Assembly: GCA_039801565.1 (NCBI GenBank)
Contig: JBDRUX010000075.1
Span: 1 to 12,149 of the forward strand
Source of the DNA: a candidate division WOR-3 bacterium
GTDB lineage: Bacteria > Hydrothermota > Tepidihabitantia > Tepidihabitantales > JAOUPE01
DNA: 12,149 nt
Direction of reading: 5' to 3'
Of the stretch, positions 5,674-12,149 are shown in pieces. Made by a program: the position numbers and the translations under genes. The notes under the pieces were generated by a model. The model saw only the letters and a program-made list of their open reading frames with translations, had not been told where the DNA came from and did no database searches. Within the stretch, counting starts at the first letter, position 1. Each line of letters begins with the position of its first letter.

Positions 5674-7654
5674 GTTAATCAACCAAGAATTTTCTGGGGT
5701 TAAGGCAAAAGATTATGTTGCGGAGATTAGCCAGCATCATCGAATCCAAGCGTCCCCGGGATTTCGTGCCGCTGCTAAATTTATTGCGCAATCCCTTACT
5801 CAATTCGGTGTGAAGAGTGAAATTTTATCCTACCCAGCGGATGGCAAAAGCTATTTTTGGACCTCACTCAATCCCCAGGAATGGGAGGCAACTGAGGCAA
5901 AATTGATATTGGTTGAGCCGGAAGAACAAGTCTTAGCCGATTACCAAGAGAATAAACTTGCTTTGATTCAACGCAGTGCCCCAGTGAAAGAATGCATTAC
6001 TGAGGTAGTCTTATTAGAAGATGGGGAAAATCGTAAGGAATATCGAAATTTAAACCTCAAAGGAAAAATTGTACTAACCAAAGGCCAAATTGATAGGGTT
6101 TATGATTTAGCAGTAAAAGAGTTTGGAGCAATTGGTATTATCTATGATGGAATTGGAAATTTGCCTAAAGTTCGGGGAAGATACGATTTGCCCGATGCTC
6201 TACAATATACTTCCTTCTGGTGGCAACCAAAAGATAAAAAGTGCTTCGGTTTTGTCTTGTCACCCAAACAAGGTGAGACGATTCGGCAGTTCTTCAAACA
6301 AGGTAAAAAGGTAAAAGTTAAGGCGATGGTCAAAAGCCAATTCGATAATGGTAAGATCGAAGTTGTTTCGGGTCTGATTAGGGGTAAGACCAACCAAGAG
6401 GTTCTCTTAATTGCCCATCTTTGTCATCCCAAGCCCAGTGCGAATGATAATGCCTCGGGTAGCGGGTGCCTATTAGAAGTTGCCCGAACCCTAAATCAGT
6501 TGATTACAACAAAAAAATTAGCCAAGCCAGTTCGTTCGATAAGATTCCTTTGGGTGCCAGAGATGACTGGAACCTATTGCTATCTTGCTACTCACCCGGA
6601 AAGAATTAAAAAGACAATTGCTGGTTTGAATCTCGATATGGTCGGACAGAATCAGGAGTTATGCAAAAGTGCTTTTTTAATCGAACAACCGCCATTGGCA
6701 TTGCCCAGTTACTGCGTTGAATTATTAGCAAGGATTCGAAAGGAGTTAATTTTGGAAGTTCCAACCCATGGTGGAATGGGTGGCTTTGCTTTATTTCGCT
6801 ATGCGATTACACCGTTCTCGGCTGGCTCTGATCATTACATACTCTCTGACCCATCAGTTGGAATTCCCTGTCCAATGTTAATCCAATGGCCCGATATATT
6901 CTATCATACCAGTATGGATACTTTGGATAAGGTTGACCAAAAATCATTAAAGATAATTGGCATAACTGCTACTACTTATGCCTATTTTCTCGCTAATGCC
7001 ACAAAAAGAGAGGCACAATGGTTAGCATATGAACTAGCGAGTCAGTTTAGACGCCACGTGATAAAATTAGGGCAAGATACACTAACGCGGGTTTTAGAGG
7101 CACCAAAAGATACTAACAAAATCGTTAATTTAACTGAACAGCAATTAAACTTATTATTAGAACAGAAAAAGCAGGCATTGGTTAAGATTGCTCAATTGGG
7201 CGATATTAGCCCGATTTTTTCCAAGTTATCAGTTATGATGGAAGATACAGTGAAAAAAGAGATTGCTCAGATGAAGATGAATTTAGGCAAACAAATTGAA
7301 AAACCCGTTCTGCCGAAACTAACCAAATGGGATAAGATTGCCCAAACGATGATTCCGAAGAGAAATTATCGGGGTCCGATTAATCTGAGGGGCTATAGCC
7401 ATAAATTGAGCAAAGAAGATCGGGACAAATTGTACCAGTTTCGGAGTAAATATAAAACTCAATTTCCGGTCTTGACCGCCATAGCTGAGTATTGGGCAGA
7501 TGGAAAAATGAGTTTATTTGAGATTATCAATCGAGTTGAAATCGAGACCCAAATTCGGGCTTCAGAACTTGTTGTCGAATATTTTCAAATCCTAAAAAGA
7601 TTAAAATTAGTAGACATCATTAAACAAAGTCTAAGACAACAAATTTTGGATTAA
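5654..7654 (+). CDS. M28-like Zn aminopeptidase with PA insert (DUF4910-type)
   Basis: AHLCHP..SANDNASG, VPEMTG, LNLDMVG, GSDH, YHTSMD; PA-like segment LKGKIVL...GAIGII. Overlaps the GATase gene by 20 nt. Confidence 0.85.
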   Translation: MLKDLIKLINQEFSGVKAKDYVAEISQHHRIQASPGFRAAAKFIAQSLTQFGVKSEILSYPADGKSYFWTSLNPQEWEATEAKLILVEPEEQVLADYQENKLALIQRSAPVKECITEVVLLEDGENRKEYRNLNLKGKIVLTKGQIDRVYDLAVKEFGAIGIIYDGIGNLPKVRGRYDLPDALQYTSFWWQPKDKKCFGFVLSPKQGETIRQFFKQGKKVKVKAMVKSQFDNGKIEVVSGLIRGKTNQEVLLIAHLCHPKPSANDNASGSGCLLEVARTLNQLITTKKLAKPVRSIRFLWVPEMTGTYCYLATHPERIKKTIAGLNLDMVGQNQELCKSAFLIEQPPLALPSYCVELLARIRKELILEVPTHGGMGGFALFRYAITPFSAGSDHYILSDPSVGIPCPMLIQWPDIFYHTSMDTLDKVDQKSLKIIGITATTYAYFLANATKREAQWLAYELASQFRRHVIKLGQDTLTRVLEAPKDTNKIVNLTEQQLNLLLEQKKQALVKIAQLGDISPIFSKLSVMMEDTVKKEIAQMKMNLGKQIEKPVLPKLTKWDKIAQTMIPKRNYRGPINLRGYSHKLSKEDRDKLYQFRSKYKTQFPVLTAIAEYWADGKMSLFEIINRVEIETQIRASELVVEYFQILKRLKLVDIIKQSLRQQILD

Positions 7655-7674
7655 TAAGTTATCACTTCCTACCA

Positions 7675-7703
7675 TTGACTTTTGGACTAAAATGATTTAA
7701 ACT
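7675..7703 (+). promoter_or_regulatory. Sigma70-type promoter of tRNA-Pro
   Basis: TTGACT (7675-7680), 17 nt, TAAACT (7698-7703), ending 23 nt before the tRNA. Confidence 0.6.
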
Positions 7704-7726
7704 TATTAGTTAAATAATTATATACT

Positions 7727-7802
7727 CGGGGAGTAGCGCAGCCTGGTTTAGCGCACCTCGCTTGGGACGAGGGGGTCGCCCGTTCAAATCGGGTCTCCCC
7801 GA
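7727..7802 (+). tRNA. tRNA-Pro (anticodon UGG), 3' CCA not encoded
   Basis: Cloverleaf: acceptor CGGGGAG/CTCCCCG, D stem GCGC/GCGC, anticodon stem CCTCG/CGAGG with loop CT-TGG-GA, T arm GCCCG-TTCAAAT-CGGGT, discriminator A followed by TATT. Confidence 0.97.
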
Positions 7803-7951
7803 TATTTTATCTAAACTTTTAAACCTCGGAAATTAAAATTTCTAATCCCCTCAGTCATCTTGTACAAAAATTAACCAATCCTCGGAAAAATGATGTTTTT
7901 GACTAAGGATAAATCCAACGGTTGGGCTAAAAAGATATTATAAAAGTCCGA

Positions 7952-8614
7952 TCAGGAAATTTTATCCTTATGGTGTTTTATTACTTCACCTTCGACCATA
8001 AATATTACATCTTCACTGATATTGGTTGATAAGTCAGCAATCCGTTCTAAATTATGGGCAACTCGAATTAAATTGAGTGATGTCTCAATGGTTCGGGATG
8101 AGGCACTCATCAAGGGAATCAAATCACCAATTATTTTTCTTATCCATTCATCAATTATCGAATCTCTCTCACATACCTGTTTTGCCAGTTCAACATTTTC
8201 TTGAATGAAGGCATTGATACTATCTCGCAACATCTTTATCGTTTCATCACTCATCCTGACGATATCAGCCATTGGACGAATTCTCGGTTGCTCAATTAGT
8301 ACCTGACTACTTTCGGTTATATTGACAATATGGTCGCCGATTCGTTCTAAATCATTATTAATCTTCAGAATCATCAGGATTGTTCTTAAATCCTTAGCAA
8401 CCGGACCATATTGGGCGATAAGAATTGTGCCAATTTTTTCCAGTTCAATTTCCAGATTATTTGCTTTTGGTTCATCTTTTTCAATAATCGTTAAAAGCCA
8501 AGTCTTCTCTTTATAGACTAGACCCTTAACACTTTTATCCAACATATTTTCAATTAAATTGGCAAATTCTATCAATTTATTCTTATATTCGTTGATTTTT
8601 TCTTCTAATATCAT
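7952..8614 (-). CDS. phoU: Phosphate signalling complex protein PhoU
   Basis: Tandem PhoU repeats: PVAKDLR...DLERIGDH and NLERIADLSTNISE.VIF...G; last gene after pstB. Confidence 0.96.
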   Translation of the reverse strand: MILEEKINEYKNKLIEFANLIENMLDKSVKGLVYKEKTWLLTIIEKDEPKANNLEIELEKIGTILIAQYGPVAKDLRTILMILKINNDLERIGDHIVNITESSQVLIEQPRIRPMADIVRMSDETIKMLRDSINAFIQENVELAKQVCERDSIIDEWIRKIIGDLIPLMSASSRTIETSLNLIRVAHNLERIADLSTNISEDVIFMVEGEVIKHHKDKIS

Positions 8615-9372
8615 CAGCCAAATTTCCCGGTTAAATATTCTTCGGTTCTTTTATCCTTGGGTGTGGTGAAGATTTTTTCGGTCGGACCAAATTCAATTAA
8701 TTCACCTAAATAAATGAAACCGGTATAATCGGAGATGCGGGCAGCTTGGGCGATATTGTGGGTGACCTGGACAATTGTAACCGTTTTCTTTAACTCAATT
8801 AACAATTCTTCAATTTTCACGGTGGATTGTGGGTCTAAGGCTGAGGTTGGTTCATCAAGAAGGAGAATTTCTGGTTCATTGGCTAAGGCACGGGCAATGC
8901 ATAGCCTCTGTTGTTGGCCACCGGATAATTCAAAGGCAGAGGTATGGAGTCGGTCTTTAACCTCATCCCATAACCAGGCATCCTTAAGTGCCTTTTCGAC
9001 CCTTTGACTAATTTCATTTTTGCTCAATTTACCTTTAATTTGTAAACCAAAGGCGACATTTTCCAAGACTGACTTGGGGAAGGGATTGGGTTTTTGAAAC
9101 ACCATTCCGACTTTCATCCGTAAGGCAAAGACATCGGTCTTTTCCGAATAAATGTCATTACCGTCAATAAAAATACTACCGGTTACTTTAACCCCTTCAA
9201 TCAAATCGTTCATTCGGTTAAAACAACGCAAGAGAGTTGATTTACCACAGCCTGAAGGTCCAATGATTGCGGTCAGTTTATTTTTATAAATTGGCATCGT
9301 AATATTGCGCAGGCAATGGTAATTGCCAAACCAGAGATTGAGGTCTTTGATAAGGATTTCGGATTCTACCAT
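8614..9372 (-). CDS. pstB: Phosphate ABC transporter ATP-binding protein PstB
   Basis: Walker [58 protein letters not shown]. Confidence 0.98.
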   Translation of the reverse strand: MVESEILIKDLNLWFGNYHCLRNITMPIYKNKLTAIIGPSGCGKSTLLRCFNRMNDLIEGVKVTGSIFIDGNDIYSEKTDVFALRMKVGMVFQKPNPFPKSVLENVAFGLQIKGKLSKNEISQRVEKALKDAWLWDEVKDRLHTSAFELSGGQQQRLCIARALANEPEILLLDEPTSALDPQSTVKIEELLIELKKTVTIVQVTHNIAQAARISDYTGFIYLGELIEFGPTEKIFTTPKDKRTEEYLTGKFG

Positions 9373-10220
9373 TTCTTCTTGCGTCGAATTCGATAGCGGG
9401 TGGTTATTGCAACCAAATTGATTGTTAAGACTAAAAATAATAATACGACCGCGGTGCCATAAGCGATTGGCACTTGAAATTTCGGTGCGGTGCCTTCGGT
9501 CATCAAGGCATAAATATGATAGGGTAATGCCATAACTTCATCTAAGATTGATTTGGGTAATCTACGGGTATAGAAAGTTGCAGCAGTAAATAGAATTGGT
9601 GCGGTTTCACCAGCCGCGCGACCAACACTGATAATTACTCCAGTAAGTACACTAGGCAAAGCAGTTGGTAGTACTATTTTCATTATCGTCTGGCGTTTGG
9701 TTGCGCCTAAGGCATAAGCCGCTTCCCTAAAATCCTGAGGCACCGTCTTTATTGCCTCTTCACTGGCATTGATAATGGTTGGTAAAATTAATATCCCTAA
9801 GGTTAAAGAACCGGATAATATTGAAACACCAAAGCCAAAGATATTGACAAATAAGGCTAAGCCAAAAAGTCCAAAGACAATTGAAGGCACACCGGCTAAA
9901 GTATTTATTGCAGTTCTTATTGTGCTGACAAAGATGCTCGGTTTGGCATATTCTGAGAGATAGATTGCGGCTAAAATACCTAAGGGCAAGGCAAAGAGGA
10001 TTGAACCAAGGGTTAAGTAAAAAGTACCGATTATTGCCGGAAAGATTCCACCTTTGGTCATTCCTTCTTGGGGCGATTCCAATAAAAACGAAAGCGAAAT
10101 CACTTTACCGCCGCGCATAAAAATTAATAAAAGAAAGACAAGCAGCGAAAGGATAGTAATGAATATCGCTAATCTTACTAAGGTTAACCAAAATGTTTGT
10201 CGAAAACCTCGTATTGTCAT
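9366..10220 (-). CDS. pstA: Phosphate ABC transporter permease PstA
   Basis: [34 protein letters not shown] loop [18 protein letters not shown]. Confidence 0.96.
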   Translation of the reverse strand: MTIRGFRQTFWLTLVRLAIFITILSLLVFLLLIFMRGGKVISLSFLLESPQEGMTKGGIFPAIIGTFYLTLGSILFALPLGILAAIYLSEYAKPSIFVSTIRTAINTLAGVPSIVFGLFGLALFVNIFGFGVSILSGSLTLGILILPTIINASEEAIKTVPQDFREAAYALGATKRQTIMKIVLPTALPSVLTGVIISVGRAAGETAPILFTAATFYTRRLPKSILDEVMALPYHIYALMTEGTAPKFQVPIAYGTAVVLLFLVLTINLVAITTRYRIRRKKKW

Positions 10221-11080
10221 TTGCGTTTTATTTTACTTTTTACCGATTCGGTAATTAAATTAGAAGTGAAGGTGATAATAAATAGAATAATCGCGATTCC
10301 AAATAAGGCTCGATAGTGGTCATCACCAACCACAGTTTCACCCATCTCGGCCGCAATGGCTGAGGTCATCGGTCGGACTGGTTGGAAGATTGATTTGGGA
10401 ATTATCGCCGAACCACCGGCAACCATTAAGACGACCATCGTTTCGCCAATCGCCCGACCAAAGCCAAGGATAATACTGGCAAAGATTCCCGATTTGGCTG
10501 CTGGTAGAACAACTTTTCTAATTGTTTCCCATCTGTTAGCACCAAGGGCATAAGCTGCTTCTCGTAGCGATTTGGGAACCGCGGCGATTGCATCCTCGGA
10601 TATGCTTGAGATGATTGGAACCACCATTAGCCCAAGGACAATTGATGCGGTAAAGGCATTTAAGCCGGTATTTAAATTAAATAATCGCATAATCAAGGGG
10701 GCAAGAAATGCCATACCAAAAAGTCCATAAATGACTGAAGGTATACCGGCTAATAATTCAATAAAAGGTTTTAATATTTCTCGGGTCCTCGGTCTTGCCA
10801 TCTCCGATAGATAAATTGCAGAACCAACACCAAGCGGAATTGATATGACAAGCGCACCGATAGTAACAACAATTGAGCCGATGATTAAAGCAAGGATTCC
10901 GAATTCAGGTGGTTCTTGGGTCGGATACCAGGATTTACCAAATAAGAATTTTAAAATTCCAACCTTACTAAAAATCGGTAGACCTTCCCGAAAGATACTA
11001 AAAATAATACCGAAAAGAAAAATTATTGAGCAGACTGCGGCAAATAACGATAAGTATTTAAATAACTTTTCTTTTATCAT
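10217..11080 (-). CDS. pstC: Phosphate ABC transporter permease PstC
   Basis: W.P....[43 protein letters not shown] overlap with pstA. Confidence 0.96.
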   Translation of the reverse strand: MIKEKLFKYLSLFAAVCSIIFLFGIIFSIFREGLPIFSKVGILKFLFGKSWYPTQEPPEFGILALIIGSIVVTIGALVISIPLGVGSAIYLSEMARPRTREILKPFIELLAGIPSVIYGLFGMAFLAPLIMRLFNLNTGLNAFTASIVLGLMVVPIISSISEDAIAAVPKSLREAAYALGANRWETIRKVVLPAAKSGIFASIILGFGRAIGETMVVLMVAGGSAIIPKSIFQPVRPMTSAIAAEMGETVVGDDHYRALFGIAIILFIITFTSNLITESVKSKIKRK

Positions 11081-11110
11081 AGCGCTCGAATTTATCTGAC
11101 ATCCATATCC

Positions 11111-11157
11111 GTAGCGGTCGCATTTATGCGACTATGAGCGATGAATCGTAGCGCCAT
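11111..11157. repeat. REP-like (GTAG family) imperfect inverted doublet
   Basis: GTAG-CG then palindrome GTCGCAT-TT-ATGCGAC (11117-11132). A second, inverted degenerate unit has CGAT-GA-ATCG (11139-11148) and ends CGCCAT, versus CGCTAC for a perfect inverse. Confidence 0.5.
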
Positions 11158-11180
11158 ATTGTTCCATTTTTCGGTTTAAC

Positions 11181-11210
11181 CGGGCAAGGGAGAAATTTCT
11201 CCCCTGCCCG
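11181..11210 (-). promoter_or_regulatory. Strong hairpin just 3' of pstS (mRNA-stabilising stem or weak terminator)
   Basis: On the minus strand CGGGCAGGGGAGA-AATT-TCTCCCTTGCCCG forms a 13-bp stem with one G.U. It starts 12 nt after the pstS stop and has no U-tract. Confidence 0.7.
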
Positions 11211-11222
11211 ACTATTTATTTT

Positions 11223-12053
11223 TCACTCCAATGGTATTAGCGGCACAAAGCCGACTTCCTTTGCCAGTTTCTGACCGGTCGGGGATAAGATAAAGTCAAT
11301 AAAGTCCTTTGTGATACCTTTTGGCGCACCATTGGTATACATATAGAGTGGACGGGCTAATTTATATTCACCACTCCGCACCGTCTTCTCATTAGGTGTG
11401 ACGCCTTCGATTTTTAATGGCTTAACTCCTTCTGAAAGATAACCAAGACCAACATAACCAATCGCGCCTGGTGTTTCGGCAACCGTTGTAGCAACCGCTT
11501 TATTTGAGGCAAGCATTAAGGCATCTTCTCTAACCTTTGCGCCTTCAAGAACCTTTTCTTTAAAGACTTCAAAGGTTCCGGATGCGACATCTCGGGAAAT
11601 AACAACGATTGATTGGTCAACACCTTTTAATGCCTTCCAGTTATTTATCTTACCAGTGTAGATATTCTTTAAAACTTCGATGCTCAGTTCGTTTATCGGA
11701 TTATTGGGATGGACAATTACTGCAATTCCATCCAAGGCGATAATATTTTCAACCGGATTTTTCCCTTTTTCGCGGGCGGTCTTAAGTTCCTTAGTCTTAA
11801 TCGGTCGTGAAGAATTCCCAATATCAACACTACCACTAATCAATGAAGCGATGCCAACCCCTGAACCACCACCCCGTACCGAAATATTAATATCTTTATG
11901 CAAATCCATAAACACCTCAGCCGCTTTTTGAGCAATTGGTAAAACAGTGGTTGAACCAGCCAGCGTAAGATTATTCTTGGCACCTAATAACGAACTGGTG
12001 CCTAAGAAACACAACCCGATAATTATTGTTATTCTTGTTAATGTTTTTATCAT
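11223..12053 (-). CDS. pstS: Phosphate ABC transporter substrate-binding protein PstS
   Basis: Signal peptide; GSTTVLP, GGGSGVG, GNSSR, ALDGIAVIV, SRDVASGT, AIGYVG, Y.LARPLY. SD AAGGAGG upstream. Confidence 0.96.
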   Translation of the reverse strand: MIKTLTRITIIIGLCFLGTSSLLGAKNNLTLAGSTTVLPIAQKAAEVFMDLHKDINISVRGGGSGVGIASLISGSVDIGNSSRPIKTKELKTAREKGKNPVENIIALDGIAVIVHPNNPINELSIEVLKNIYTGKINNWKALKGVDQSIVVISRDVASGTFEVFKEKVLEGAKVREDALMLASNKAVATTVAETPGAIGYVGLGYLSEGVKPLKIEGVTPNEKTVRSGEYKLARPLYMYTNGAPKGITKDFIDFILSPTGQKLAKEVGFVPLIPLE

Positions 12054-12063
12054 TTCTCCTCCT

Positions 12064-12149
12064 TTATTGTAAGGTATTACTAAATTTCCAACGCAGTTGA
12101 ACCATTATTGCATCAACTGGCTTTTTTTCGGTATCTTCATACATCTTTC
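12064..12149 (-). CDS. 3' end of an upstream gene (partial), possibly an outer-membrane beta-barrel/porin
   Basis: Open frame from the window edge: KMYEDTEKKPVDAIMVQLRWKFSNTLQ*. Its TAA abuts the pstS SD. IMVQLRWKF alternates like a terminal beta-strand. Confidence 0.5.
   Translation of the reverse strand, partial: KMYEDTEKKPVDAIMVQLRWKFSNTLQ

Noticed and set aside
1367..6393. Short nested ORFs 1367-1609, 2418-2615, 6123-6314 and 6142-6393
   Set aside because: Alternative-frame or antisense shadows inside long genes, with no recognisable motifs.
7780..7951. Integration site or island at tRNA-Pro; short repeats (CCTCGGAAA twice, CCAAC-G-GTTGG)
   Set aside because: I saw no duplicate of the tRNA 3' end and no integrase. 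The repeats are short enough to arise by chance, and there is no clear terminator.
8022..11931. Plus-strand ORFs 8022-8204, 8322-8516, 8735-9007, 9769-9963, 10054-10254, 10356-10553, 10845-11099 and 11680-11931
   Set aside because: Antisense shadows of the conserved pst/phoU genes.
12054..12149. Pho box upstream of pstS
   Set aside because: No convincing 11-bp-spaced CTGTCAT-like repeats, and the region appears to be coding.

Overview
AT-rich bacterial window. The FlgD/T9SS-like C-terminal domains and gene style suggest a diderm such as candidate division WOR-3, but this is inference only. Left to right: (i) an unexplained ~700-bp region with a minus-strand 30-aa ORF that has its own promoter and SD, a GC-rich degenerate 12-bp-period array (171-398, ~19 units) able to form long G.U-containing stems, and a 63-aa ORF (483-674) whose N-terminus resembles by eye the SIRV2-type (Adnaviria) filamentous-virus capsid protein and looks truncated; (ii) two secreted proteins with FlgD-Ig/T9SS-like C-termini, one with a carbohydrate-binding-like domain and one a Zn-dependent phospholipase C/P1-nuclease-fold enzyme; (iii) an overlapping four-gene operon folE2 - M55 D-aminopeptidase - class I glutamine amidotransferase - M28/DUF4910 peptidase; (iv) tRNA-Pro(UGG); (v) a minus-strand pstSCAB-phoU operon with a REP-like doublet and a hairpin between pstS and pstC, preceded by the 3' end of a possible porin gene. 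The best novelty candidate is the array plus capsid-like ORF at 11-674. All homology calls were made by eye; no searches were run.
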